From an uncultured Acidimicrobiales bacterium (GTDB lineage: Bacteria; Actinomycetota; Acidimicrobiia; Acidimicrobiales; UBA10347), in the NCBI GenBank assembly GCA_943788915.1, contig CALSSD010000006.1, positions 124,001 through 188,000 of the forward strand: DNA of 64,000 bases, given 5' to 3'. Shown here piece by piece: positions 40,346 through 50,393 of this stretch. The translations under genes were made by a program, and so were the position numbers. The notes under the pieces are model-generated. The model had not been told where the DNA came from, made no database searches, and worked only from the letters and a program-made list of their open reading frames with translations. Position 1 is the stretch's first letter; every line of letters starts with the position of its first letter.

Positions 40346-41374
40346 CTAACCGTTTCGCACAGCGCGAGCAACCTCGGCCCATTTGCCCAGGTGTTGATCG
40401 TCGGTGCGGATCTGCTGTGTTCCCAGATACATGACGACTCGCGATGCCGTGCCCTTGTAACGCTCGAGCAACTGATCAGCCATGTCGTCCCAGTTCGTCA
40501 TCAGGCCGTACTGGTTGAGCATCTCGTCGGTGATCTCGTCGCCCAAAGTATCAAGATCGCCAGCCTTCATCTTCGCTCGAATGCGCTGGGTCGTTCCCTC
40601 GTAGCCAAGATCGTCAAACTGGAACGCATAGTTTGGTGTGCTGCCATAGAACGCAATCTGGCGTTTGGCGTGCGCTACGTAGGGTTCCCGTTCTTCGGGG
40701 GTATCACCGGGGCAGGCGAAGACCGGGATGATCAAATCAATGTCGTCGACGCTACGACCAGCCTTCGCTGCCCCCTTGGCAAGGTCAGGCTTGAGCCGGT
40801 TCTCGATGTACGGCATCGAGTGCAACGGATGCACATGTACGCCGTCGGCGACCTCGCCAGCGACGCGGGTCATGATTGGACCGACGGCAGAGATATCGAC
40901 CTTCATTGGATGGTCGTGGGCCTTTGGTGACCAGTCGCGGGGGAGCAAACTCATCTGGTAGAACTCGCCGTCGTGGGCCAGGCGTTCCTCGCGATTGAAG
41001 GCACGCCAACATGCCTGGACAGCCTGCACGTAGTCGCGGAGCCGGGCTGCGGGTCGGTCAAACTCTGCGCTGTAGCGGCGTTCGATGTGGGCCTTGACCT
41101 GGCTACCGAGACCAAGACGGAACCGTCCGCCGGTGTTGTCAGCGAGTTCGTACGCGACCGCGGCTGAGACCATGGGGCTTCGAGGAAACGCCACCGCAAT
41201 GCCGGTCGTGAAGGTCAGCTCAGGTGCCGCCATCGCAGCGGCAGCGATCTGCATCCATGGAACCTGGCTGGTTTCGGTGAAGAGCAGTCCGGAGAACCCT
41301 GCCCCTTCAACCCGGCGTGCAAGATCGGCCGCTTCGTCCCATCGGGCAGCGCCTGTCATGAAGTCGATATGCAT
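40346..41374 (-). CDS. F420-dependent LLM oxidoreductase (TIGR03617-like)
   Basis: IAVAFPRSP, GLGSQVKAHIERR and QIAFYGSTP.Y motifs. Confidence 0.9.
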   Translation of the reverse strand: MHIDFMTGAARWDEAADLARRVEGAGFSGLLFTETSQVPWMQIAAAAMAAPELTFTTGIAVAFPRSPMVSAAVAYELADNTGGRFRLGLGSQVKAHIERRYSAEFDRPAARLRDYVQAVQACWRAFNREERLAHDGEFYQMSLLPRDWSPKAHDHPMKVDISAVGPIMTRVAGEVADGVHVHPLHSMPYIENRLKPDLAKGAAKAGRSVDDIDLIIPVFACPGDTPEEREPYVAHAKRQIAFYGSTPNYAFQFDDLGYEGTTQRIRAKMKAGDLDTLGDEITDEMLNQYGLMTNWDDMADQLLERYKGTASRVVMYLGTQQIRTDDQHLGKWAEVARAVRNG

Positions 41375-41434
41375 AGGACGAACCTAGTTCATAGCGATTG
41401 CCCGGCGATTGCTGGAGCCGCCGCATCACGATGA

Positions 41435-41479
41435 CATGCATCCGGTGTCAGCTGGGCACAGCCAGCCACCGGATGCATG
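41435..41479 (-). terminator. Stem-loop downstream of the DEAD-box helicase
   Basis: Perfect 13-bp inverted repeat CATGCATCCGGTG/CACCGGATGCATG. Confidence 0.6.
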
Positions 41480-41499
41480 GTTTGTGTGCCTGAGGTCGA

Positions 41500-43028
41500 C
41501 TATCCGCGGCTGGCGGAAGAACGTGAACGGTTGGAGCGGTTGCCGCCACCCGACTTCGCGCCGCCGGATCGAGAGCCATGGGGGCGGCCCTTATTGTTGC
41601 TCTGGCTCTTGTTGCCCTGGCTCTTGTTGCCTTGACCGCTTGACTGGCCCTGACCTGAACCATGGCTCTGACCTGAACCCTGGCCTTTGGGCTTGCGACG
41701 GTTGCCGCCACCGCCCCGCCACCGTTGCCGCTTCCGCCGAGACCGTTCTTTGTGCCGCTGCCGCTGCGGCCATGTTTGTTGTTATTGCGTTGGTTCTTGT
41801 GTTTCCCGCCGCCGCCTTTACGATTGCCGCCGCCGTTGGAGCGAGGTTCGTGGATCTCACGGGCCGGTGCACGTTCGGGCTTCGGTTCACCATTGGCCAG
41901 TGCCCGCAGGGTGTCGATGCTTGGTTCGGTGATCGGTTCGCTCAAGTCGATCTTGCGCATTACGGCGCGAGCGTCCTTGGTCTGATCAGGGGTAAGCAAT
42001 GAGACGACAACGCCGCCTGCACCAGCACGAGCGGTTCGCCCTGAACGGTGGACGTAGGTCTTGTGATCTTCTGGCGGGTCGTAGTGCACAACAAGTGTCA
42101 CGCCATCGACGTGAATACCGCGTGCGGCAACGTCGGTTGCGACAAGCGCCTGAGCTCGGGAGGTTGTGAAGTCCTCGAGGGCCCGAGTTCGCTGGTTCTG
42201 GCTCCGACCACCGTGGATGGCTACTGCGTCGACACCCAGCTTGCTGAGCTGCTTCTTCAACCGGTCACAGCCATGGCGAGTCCGGCAGAAGATGATGGCT
42301 GGCCACTCCGCGGTAACGGCAAGTGCGGTTACTTCGGTGCGTTCTGCCTTGTCCATTTGCCAGAACAGGTGATCTGCCAACGTGATGTCGGGCGTTGACT
42401 CGCCGACTTCGTGGCGAACAGGGTTGTTCTGATAATCGCGGGTCAGCTTGGCGACATCGCCGTCGAGGGTGGCTGAGAACAGCACGGTCTGACGGTCGTT
42501 GAAGGTCTGGTCGAGAATGCGGCGCACGGCTGGCATGAAGCCCATGTCAGCCATACGGTCTGCTTCGTCGAGTACGACCCGCTCAACGTCGGAGAGATCT
42601 ACATCGCCTTGCTGGATCAGGTCCTCGAGGCGGCCAGGGCATGCAACGAGTACGTCGACGCCCTGTTCGAGCAATCGCCTCTGCTTGCCGTAACCGACCC
42701 CGCCGTACACGACGCCGACTTTTACTGGCTTCGAGAACGAAGCAAGTTCGACATGGATCTGGTCGGCGAGTTCTCGGGTCGGGGCAAGGATGAGAGCGGT
42801 AGGGAAGTGGGGGCGGGCCTTGGGGAGGTTGGCGACGATGGGGATGCCAAAGGCAATGGTTTTGCCGGAACCCGTGGGGGCTCGTCCGAGTACGTCTCGT
42901 CCGGCGAGACCGTCGACAAGTGTTGCGGTTTGGATTTCGAACGGTGCATGGATATCTCGACGCGCAAGCGCTTCGCAGATTGATGCAGGCACGCCGAGTT
43001 CGGCGAAGGTGGGGGATTTGGTTGACAC
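41500..43028 (-). CDS. DEAD-box RNA helicase (RhlE-like); 1-bp frameshift near 41715 in the Gly/Asn/Lys-rich tail
   Basis: APTGSGKT, PTRELA, DEAD, SAT and HRSGRTAR motifs. The tail continues GGGNRRKPKGQ...SASRG* in a shifted frame to the stop at 41500. Confidence 0.92.
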
Positions 43029-43071
43029 GGGATGCTCCAAGGCACAGCGTTCAGCGCTGATGCCGGCTACG

Positions 43072-43214
43072 GGTTTCGGTTATGTCCCGGACGATATGTC
43101 GGGGACATTTCTCTACGTGAGGCTCACGTTGAGAAAGCGAAACCGGTGCTCCTCTGCGAACCCACCAAGCAAGAACTCGCTCGGCGCACTGCCAACGTTA
43201 GGCGTTGGTAGTGC
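43072..43214 (-). promoter_or_regulatory. Structured 5' leader of the helicase (candidate cis-regulatory RNA)
   Basis: Stem GGTTTCG/CGAAACC encloses two hairpins; a separate 12-bp hairpin lies at 43186-43214. Confidence 0.5.
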
Positions 43215-43273
43215 AACTGCGGGTGAACGTGACGGCTGTCATAGTTGCGTGAACCATCGGTTGCAGAAGATCG

Positions 43274-44509
43274 TTAGCTGCGTTGGGTGCTAACACGTAG
43301 TTCGCTGAACGGCAGATCCTTGTCGACAGATGGTTCGCGAGGAAGCCCAAGTACTCGCTCGCCAATGATGTTGCGCTGAATCTCATTCGTGCCGCCAGCG
43401 ATGCCACTGGCAAAGGTAGTGAGGGCCTCGAGGCTCCATCGTCCGTTGTCTTCATCAGCGACAGCTCCCGGACCGATTATTGACAACGACAGGTCGCGGT
43501 AGGTCGCGGCGATGCTGGCACCAGCGAGTTTTCCGAGCGACCCACCAGGCCCAGGGGTTTTGCCCGCTTGGGCCTCGGCTCGAGTCCGCATACCCATCAG
43601 GCTCTGACACACCTCTGCGCTGTACAGCTTCATGAGTTCCTGGCGTAGGACCGGTGAGTCCAACCGTGCACGTTTCTTTGCCGCCCGAATCAGCTTGTCG
43701 GTGCGGGCATGTTGGACGCCACCCGTCTGGCCGGTGCCGATCGCCACCCGTTCGTACATAAGCATCGCTGTTGCTAGCCGCCAACCTTGATTGAGTTCAC
43801 CGATCTGGTGATCGACGGGAACCCGGACGTCAGTCAAATACACCTCGTTGAACCGCATGCCACCGTCGATCTGATGGATTGGCCGGATCTCGACGCCGGG
43901 CGCCGACATATCGATGATGAACATCGAAATGCCACGGTGTTTCGGCTGCTCGGAATCGGTCCGGGCAATCACGATGCCGCGATCAGCCACGTGGGCCAGC
44001 GTGGTCCACACCTTCTGGCCATTGATGATCCACTCGTCGCCATCACGCACGGCGCGCATCTGCAGGCTTGCAACATCAGAACCAGCGCCTGGTTCGGAGA
44101 ACATCTGACACCAGACTTGTGAGGCCGAAATCAGATCTGCCTGATGCGCTGCCCGTTGGGCATCGGTGCCGTACTCGTGGAGCATGGGAAGGCACATGCC
44201 CTGGCTGATGCTGAGGGTGCGGGTCATCAGTGGATGTTTCGAGGCTTCCTCGCGCCAGATCTGCTGGTGAGCATCGGTCAGACCCTGACCGCCATATTCG
44301 ACGGGATAGGTGAGACCGGCCAGCCCCGCTGTCGCGGCTGCTTGTTGGAAAGCCACACACTCGCGATGGGTCAACTCGTGACGCGGGTCGTCGGTCTCTG
44401 CGACTGAGATTCCGGTTGCGTGCTGGTCCAGAAAGTCGGCGCACCTCTTGCGGAACGTTTCAAGGTCGGTCACGTTGCCGTGTGGCGCGGATACCTCGGT
44501 CTGAGTCAT
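43274..44509 (-). CDS. Acyl-CoA dehydrogenase
   Basis: WCQMFSEPGAGSD, NGQKVWT, FNEV and IAGGTNEIQRNII motifs. Confidence 0.93.
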   Translation of the reverse strand: MTQTEVSAPHGNVTDLETFRKRCADFLDQHATGISVAETDDPRHELTHRECVAFQQAAATAGLAGLTYPVEYGGQGLTDAHQQIWREEASKHPLMTRTLSISQGMCLPMLHEYGTDAQRAAHQADLISASQVWCQMFSEPGAGSDVASLQMRAVRDGDEWIINGQKVWTTLAHVADRGIVIARTDSEQPKHRGISMFIIDMSAPGVEIRPIHQIDGGMRFNEVYLTDVRVPVDHQIGELNQGWRLATAMLMYERVAIGTGQTGGVQHARTDKLIRAAKKRARLDSPVLRQELMKLYSAEVCQSLMGMRTRAEAQAGKTPGPGGSLGKLAGASIAATYRDLSLSIIGPGAVADEDNGRWSLEALTTFASGIAGGTNEIQRNIIGERVLGLPREPSVDKDLPFSELRVSTQRS

Positions 44510-44620
44510 GGAGTTCCCACCGTGCGTGCTTTCGTTACGAATCGCTCGTTGGTGCTATCACATACATGCCTAGCAATGTTTGGCACATTCTGGCGTAGCA
44601 CTGTTCTGAGGAGGATTCGG

Positions 44621-46186
44621 GTGGCGCATCCAGGGGTTCATGCGAGAACGAGGCCTGACCATCCGGCGATCATCATGGCTGGATCTGGAGAGACGCTTAC
44701 GTATCGCGAACTCGACGAGCGTTCAAACCAACTCGCGCACGCGCTTGGAGCCCAAGGACTGCGCCGTGGCGGCCATGTTGCGATGTTCATGGAGAACCAG
44801 ATTCGGTACATGGAAATCGTGTGGGCATGTTTCCGCAGCGGCCTGTACATCACCGCGATAAACAGCTATCTCACTGCCGAAGAAGTGGCCTACATCATCG
44901 ATGACTGCGACGCAGAGGTCGTGATCAGTTCACGGGCCAAGGCGGAACAAGCCGCGGCCATCAACCCGGCAATTACACCCAAGGTGCAGCGGTGGCTGAT
45001 GGCCGATGGGGTGGTCAGCGATCCTGGTGGGCCCGAATGGGAGAGCTACGAGGACGCCACCGCAAGCCAACCGAGCGTTCCGATCGATGACCAGAGCATG
45101 GGTTTTTACATGTTGTATTCGTCGGGAACCACCGGGCGTCCCAAAGGCATCAAACGTCTATTGCCAGACCTTCCGCTCGACGAGCAGGACCCGCGCACCA
45201 TACAGATGGTCGACGGTCCGTACGCCTACAACGAAGACATGGTGTACCTATCACCGGCACCGATGTATCACGCTGCGCCGCTCGCATTCTCAAACGTGGT
45301 CCAGCGCGTTGGTGGCACATTGGTCATCATGGAGAAGTTCGACGCTGCAGGATCATTGGCCGCGATCGAGAAGTATCAGGCCACCCATGCCCAGTTCGTG
45401 CCGACCATGTTTGTACGCATGCTCAAACTGGACAAAGAAGAACGACTTCGGCACGACGTTTCGTCGCTGCAGGTCGCTATCCATGCGGCAGCCCCGTGTC
45501 CGGTCGATGTGAAACACGCCATGATCGAGTGGTGGGGGCCGATCATTTTCGAGTACTACGCCGGCACCGAGGGCGTGGGCTCAACTCTTATCGACAGTCA
45601 TGAATGGCTGGAGCATCCCGGTTCTGTCGGCCAGGCGCGCCTCGGTGTGCTCCATATCTGTGACGACGAAGGTAATGATCTCCCTGCCGGTCAGGTCGGT
45701 GGCGTGTACTTCTCGGGCGGCGGTGACTTCGAGTACCACAAGTCCCCGGAGAAGACCGCCGATGCCATGCTCGATGGCGGCCGGGGCACGTTGGGCGACA
45801 TTGGTTATGTCGACGACGACGGCTACCTCTACCTGACCGACCGCAAGGCACACATGATCATCAGCGGAGGGGTCAACATCTATCCCCAAGAGATCGAGGA
45901 CGCCATGATTGCGCACCCGGCGATCATGGATGTCGCCGTGTTTGGCGTACCCGATGCAGAGATGGGTGAGCAGGTGAAGGCCGTGGTCCAACCCGCTGAC
46001 GGCTGCGTGGCCGACGACGGGCTCGCCCAGGAACTCATCGCATTTACGCGCGAACACATTGCACACTATAAATGTCCTCGTTCGATCGACTTCGAGGCAG
46101 AACTGCCTCGTCTGCCAACCGGAAAGCTCTACAAGCGACTTCTCCGAGATCGCTATTGGGGCAAGACCGACTCGACGATCGTGTAG
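44621..46186 (+). CDS. Acyl-CoA synthetase
   Basis: YSSGTTGRPKG, EYYAGTE, GD.G, IISGGVNIYP and TGKL motifs; GAGGAGG RBS. Confidence 0.93.
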   Translation: MAHPGVHARTRPDHPAIIMAGSGETLTYRELDERSNQLAHALGAQGLRRGGHVAMFMENQIRYMEIVWACFRSGLYITAINSYLTAEEVAYIIDDCDAEVVISSRAKAEQAAAINPAITPKVQRWLMADGVVSDPGGPEWESYEDATASQPSVPIDDQSMGFYMLYSSGTTGRPKGIKRLLPDLPLDEQDPRTIQMVDGPYAYNEDMVYLSPAPMYHAAPLAFSNVVQRVGGTLVIMEKFDAAGSLAAIEKYQATHAQFVPTMFVRMLKLDKEERLRHDVSSLQVAIHAAAPCPVDVKHAMIEWWGPIIFEYYAGTEGVGSTLIDSHEWLEHPGSVGQARLGVLHICDDEGNDLPAGQVGGVYFSGGGDFEYHKSPEKTADAMLDGGRGTLGDIGYVDDDGYLYLTDRKAHMIISGGVNIYPQEIEDAMIAHPAIMDVAVFGVPDAEMGEQVKAVVQPADGCVADDGLAQELIAFTREHIAHYKCPRSIDFEAELPRLPTGKLYKRLLRDRYWGKTDSTIV

Positions 46187-46200
46187 GAGCGAACTTTTCG

Positions 46201-46950
46201 ATGAGCCTGATGTCTGTTGAAGAGGCAGGTAACCCTGACGGAGCGCCCATGCTCCTGGTGCACGGTTTCCTGTCAAGTAATGCCCAATGGGACCTGAATC
46301 GTGATGAGCTTGGCAAGCACTATCGGCTGCTGCTGGTGGAGCTCCCTGGTCATGGGCAGTCCGATGCACCGGATGAAGATGACAGTTATTCGATTGAACG
46401 ACTTGTCGATGAACTCGAAGCCATTCGCGAACGACACAGCGTCGAGACCTGGTGGGTCTGCGGGCAGTCCTTGGGGGGAGCCATATCGATCCTGTACTCC
46501 TTGGCTTCTCCGGATCGAGTCCGCGGATTGGTCTTCACGAATACGCGGGCTGCGTTCGGTATCAAACGTGAAGGGGTCTCAGCCAATGGGGGAGAGCCAC
46601 CGTCGATTACCTCGACGCGAGACCTGCCCGTGCACCCTATTAATGCGAAGCGCTTGGCCGAGCCGATCAAACAGCGCATGGTCGCGGCCGCTGATGCGAT
46701 GAGTGTCGACGCGACAAATCAGTTCCTTGCTCGACGTCATACGTGGAAGTCCACCGATCGTATGACGGAGCTCTCTATGCCGGTACTGCTCGTGAATGGC
46801 GAGTGGGAGTCTGCCTTCCAACCATTCGTTGACCAGGCCAAGTCGCTCATCCCGCACATCCAGGTGGTGTCGATCCCGGGCGGTCACGCCATCAACGCCG
46901 AACAACCCGAACGTTTCAACGAAGCGGTCATCTCCTTCATCAACGGCTAA
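46201..46950 (+). CDS. Alpha/beta hydrolase
   Basis: LVHGF, LPGHG, GQSLGG and GH motifs. Confidence 0.88.
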   Translation: MSLMSVEEAGNPDGAPMLLVHGFLSSNAQWDLNRDELGKHYRLLLVELPGHGQSDAPDEDDSYSIERLVDELEAIRERHSVETWWVCGQSLGGAISILYSLASPDRVRGLVFTNTRAAFGIKREGVSANGGEPPSITSTRDLPVHPINAKRLAEPIKQRMVAAADAMSVDATNQFLARRHTWKSTDRMTELSMPVLLVNGEWESAFQPFVDQAKSLIPHIQVVSIPGGHAINAEQPERFNEAVISFING

Positions 46951-47002
46951 CGGCTAACGGCACAACAGCTACCAGGTACATGTCCCTTCGGATAACGGAG
47001 CA

Positions 47003-47050
47003 GGAAAGAAACACTGTGAGAAAGAAAAACAGTGAGAAAGAAAAACAGTG
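47003..47050 (+). repeat. Three tandem 16-bp units ending in the GTG start codon
   Basis: GGAAAGAAACACTGTG followed by AGAAAGAAAAACAGTG twice. Confidence 0.85.
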
Positions 47051-48178
47051 CTGAACAAATTCGATGACTTTCCGATTCATCAGACACCGGAGCCGATCGC
47101 GCATCCTGCGACATCGGATCCAAACTTCTATGACCGGACCTGGTTCAACGGTTACCGCCGAGACGCTAGCCAGTACTTCGCGCTCGGTCTGGCGGTGTAC
47201 CCGCACCGCGGCATCCTGGACTGCGCCTTCAGCACGGTCGAAGCTGGTGGTCGCCAGCACTGTTTCTTTGCATCGGGGCGAGCGCCTCAGGAACGCACTG
47301 ACACGTCGATGGGGCCGTTCCGTTTAGAGATCGTTGAGCCCCTTCGCAAGGCTCGAGTCATCATTGAGGACAACGAGACCGGTATCTCTGCCGACGTGAC
47401 GTTCTCGGCCCGTACCTCGCCCATTCAGGAAGCGCGCCAGATCTTGTGGCAGGACCAACGGCGCTTTATGGATGCCACCCGGTTCGCCCAATTCGGCACA
47501 TGGTCCGGCACGGTCGTCCATCCCGATGGTGAGTTCGAGGTCAACGAGACCGAATGGCTTGGCACCAAGGATCGGTCGTGGGGCGTCCGAGGAGTAGGTG
47601 AACGAATCCAGATCGGTGCACCCAAACGCCCTGGCGCGTTCTTCTTTCTGTGGGCACCGCTGATTTGGGACGACCATGTCTCGCACGCGGTGTTCTTCGA
47701 CGGCTCCCGAGGCGAGGCGCTTGTTCGGGAAGGCTCAACATCGCCGCTCTACGCCACAGCAGATGAGATTCCAGGCGAGCTCGACCAGACAGCGGATGAT
47801 ATGGCGACCGCTGTGCACCGGGTCACGTATCAACCCGGAACACGATTGGCGTCATCGTGTGAGCTTGACTTGATCGATCTCTACGGCAAGGTTCGCACCA
47901 TCGAGATGACCCCACAGCTGCGGTTCCAGATGAAGGGGCTCGGCTACGGTCATCCCATCTGGAAACAAGGGGCATGGCAGGGCGAACTCGCTATCCACGG
48001 TGAAAGTTACGACCCTGACACCATGGACCTGACGGCCCCCGAGAACATCCATGTGCAACAAGTCGTGACGGTTACCGACGGGACCCGTTCCGGTATTGGC
48101 GTGCTCGAACAAATTGTGGTCGGTCCCTACGAACCATCGGGTTTGACGGGTCTGTTCGACGGTGCTCCCGCGAGCTAG
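47048..48178 (+). CDS. Conserved hypothetical protein (beta-rich)
   Basis: 376-aa ORF with DDFPIHQ, YDR..FN and KDRSWGVR motifs; function not assignable. Confidence 0.75.
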   Translation: MLNKFDDFPIHQTPEPIAHPATSDPNFYDRTWFNGYRRDASQYFALGLAVYPHRGILDCAFSTVEAGGRQHCFFASGRAPQERTDTSMGPFRLEIVEPLRKARVIIEDNETGISADVTFSARTSPIQEARQILWQDQRRFMDATRFAQFGTWSGTVVHPDGEFEVNETEWLGTKDRSWGVRGVGERIQIGAPKRPGAFFFLWAPLIWDDHVSHAVFFDGSRGEALVREGSTSPLYATADEIPGELDQTADDMATAVHRVTYQPGTRLASSCELDLIDLYGKVRTIEMTPQLRFQMKGLGYGHPIWKQGAWQGELAIHGESYDPDTMDLTAPENIHVQQVVTVTDGTRSGIGVLEQIVVGPYEPSGLTGLFDGAPAS

Positions 48179-48185
48179 ATCTGAG

Positions 48186-48746
48186 CTATGCGATAGCTCC
48201 GAGTGCCCGAGCAACTTGGAGTTCGAGATAGTCGTCGGTGATCTCGGTGCCGATTTGGGTTGCCCGGAAGTGAATGGGCGCGGCCATCAATTCGACCAGA
48301 AGTTCGGGGTCGTCGACTTCTCCACATTCACCACGCAGGTGTGCGCGTCTCACAACGTCGGCTGCGGCTGAGAAACGGCGCGACCAGAACGCCGGCCGAA
48401 GTTCGGCGAGTTCGGGAGATGCGTTTGCTGACGCGGACAGCAGGGCCCGGCCGAGGGGCGACACGACGCTGCTCCGGACCGCTATGGCTATTGCCAGCAG
48501 ATCTCCCCGAAGACTGCCGGAGTCTGGGATCGGTATGGATGTGTCGGCATGTGCCTGCAGAGCGGCAAGTACAAGATCTTCTCGTTTCGGAAACCGCCGA
48601 TAGATCGTCGTCTTGTTCACTCCGGCAAGTTCGGCGACGCGTCCGACCTTGATCGAAAGGGTTCCGGCCTCTTCGATCACGGCAATCGTGGAGGAGAGGA
48701 TCTTGTCGTCGACAATCTTGCCTCGGCGGTGTGAGGGTTCAGTCAT
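48186..48746 (-). CDS. TetR-family transcriptional regulator
   Basis: HTH motif VAELAGVNKTTIYRRF and PDSGSLRGDL. Confidence 0.92.
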   Translation of the reverse strand: MTEPSHRRGKIVDDKILSSTIAVIEEAGTLSIKVGRVAELAGVNKTTIYRRFPKREDLVLAALQAHADTSIPIPDSGSLRGDLLAIAIAVRSSVVSPLGRALLSASANASPELAELRPAFWSRRFSAAADVVRRAHLRGECGEVDDPELLVELMAAPIHFRATQIGTEITDDYLELQVARALGAIA

Positions 48747-48757
48747 ATGAAGGGTTC

Positions 48758-49199
48758 CTAGGAACGGCGGGCAGCGACCTCATCGGCCAGTGCCGTGTTC
48801 AGGTTAGTGAAGCCCACTCCGGTCTGGGTTAGGACCTTTCCCATGAGTCGGATGAGGATGCCGCTGAAATTCTCGCTGTGGTCGAGTCGCGTCCGGCCGT
48901 CACCAAGATCAGCGAGTTCGAAGCTGTGCTCTCCATCGAAGAGGCCGTTGACGAGAAACTTGCCTTTCCAGCGAAGCATCCGACCCGGGTCGGCTTCGAG
49001 CACGGTCGGGGAGAACGACATGCCATCGCCGCCGGCATCTTTGCGGGCTGTGATCTTGATGGTCGTGCCCACGGTTGCCTCGCCAACAATTCGAGCGAAG
49101 AACGGGTTCCACTTCTCGTGCGCTGGGAAGTCAATGAGGACGTCCCATATCTCCACCGGCGTGGCGTCGATGTCGAGCGTCGTGCTGATTGCTTTTCAT
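48758..49199 (-). CDS. SRPBCC (polyketide cyclase-like) protein; extra A after codon 2
   Basis: AAGGAG RBS before ATG 49199. Removing one A from ATGAAAAGC gives MKAISTTLDIDATPVEIW..WNPF..FDGEH.F. Confidence 0.8.
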
Positions 49200-49216
49200 T
49201 CACTGGCTCCTTTATT

Positions 49217-49278
49217 GCAACTATGTGTTGCGTTGGACCTTACGCGTTTAAGGGTGGTTAACGCAACTAGTTAGTTGC
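49217..49278. promoter_or_regulatory. Two GCAAC-N5/6-GTTGC palindromes (putative TetR operators)
   Basis: GCAAC-TATGT-GTTGC at 49217-49231 and GCAACT-AGTT-AGTTGC at 49263-49278, upstream of the SRPBCC-tetR operon. Confidence 0.65.
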
Positions 49279-49361
49279 ATTCACTGGTCTTGGGTTGCGG
49301 CAGCGCTCTGCCATAAGCACGGTTGTTGCCTGTCTCTAAGATGCGGCTATGGATAAGGCCA

Positions 49362-50393
49362 ATGGATAGACAAACACGTGGGATCCGGTTCGGTCTCTAC
49401 GACCTCGTAGAGACTCGGCCAGGCGTCGGTCTCGACCAGCTCTACCTCGAACGGTTCGAGCTGATCTCCGCAGCTGAAGAAGCTGGGCTGTGGGGCTATC
49501 ACACGACCGAACACCACCTGAATCCGCTCGACGCCACGCCGTCGCCCAGTCTGTTTCTTGCCGCTGCTGCCCAACACACCTCGAAGATTCGACTCGGCTC
49601 GCTGGTTCATGTGCTGCCGCTGTACGAACCGGTGCGGCTGGCCGAGGAGCTTCTCATGCTCGATGCGCTCACCGGCGGACGGCTCGAGATCGGCATTGGA
49701 AAGGGTGTCAGCTCACCCGAACAGCGCTTGCTGGGTCGCGATCCTGACAATCGCGACCGCAGAATGGAGGAGATCTTCGATCAGGTGGTTGCGATCTTGC
49801 AGGGAGTACCCGTCGATGGAGTTCCGATCCCATTTCGGCCAATTCAGCAACCTCATCCCCCGTTCTGGTACGCCGGCAACGCCGACTATGCAGGGCGCCG
49901 GAATCTCAACGTCGTGTTGGGCGGATCGGCCGAGCGGGTGATCGAGTCTGCGCACCACCACAAGGCCACGGCGGCTGCGCACCGTAACGATCCTGCCCGG
50001 GTGAACCCGGACCCCGTTCCGACGACGGCGTTCACTCGACACGTCCTGGTCGACGTCGATGGCGAGCGTGCCCGTCGCCGAGCAGTGGAGTCGTGGCAGG
50101 TCTACGACCACAACATAACCACCCATGTCCGTCGCCTTGGTGAGCAGCGGCAATCCAACCCGACCCTCGACGGTGATGGCGAACGGGCGATGGAGCTGGG
50201 GCTGCTCGCAGCCGGAAACCCCGACGACGTCGCCGCAAACCTCCTAGCAGTCGCCTCTTACTCGCCTGTCGACTACTCGATGATCTCGTGCTGCTGGGGT
50301 TCTCTCGATCACCAAGAGGCGATGGCTTCGTTTGAACTTTTTGTCACCGAGGTGATTCCACGGGTGAATGCTGGTCTTGGGCTGACCAGCTAA
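49362..50393 (+). CDS. LLM-class flavin-dependent oxidoreductase
   Basis: TEHH, PSPSLFLAA, LPLYEPVRLAEE..LD.L.GGR and PIQQPHPP motifs. Confidence 0.9.
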   Translation: MDRQTRGIRFGLYDLVETRPGVGLDQLYLERFELISAAEEAGLWGYHTTEHHLNPLDATPSPSLFLAAAAQHTSKIRLGSLVHVLPLYEPVRLAEELLMLDALTGGRLEIGIGKGVSSPEQRLLGRDPDNRDRRMEEIFDQVVAILQGVPVDGVPIPFRPIQQPHPPFWYAGNADYAGRRNLNVVLGGSAERVIESAHHHKATAAAHRNDPARVNPDPVPTTAFTRHVLVDVDGERARRRAVESWQVYDHNITTHVRRLGEQRQSNPTLDGDGERAMELGLLAAGNPDDVAANLLAVASYSPVDYSMISCCWGSLDHQEAMASFELFVTEVIPRVNAGLGLTS

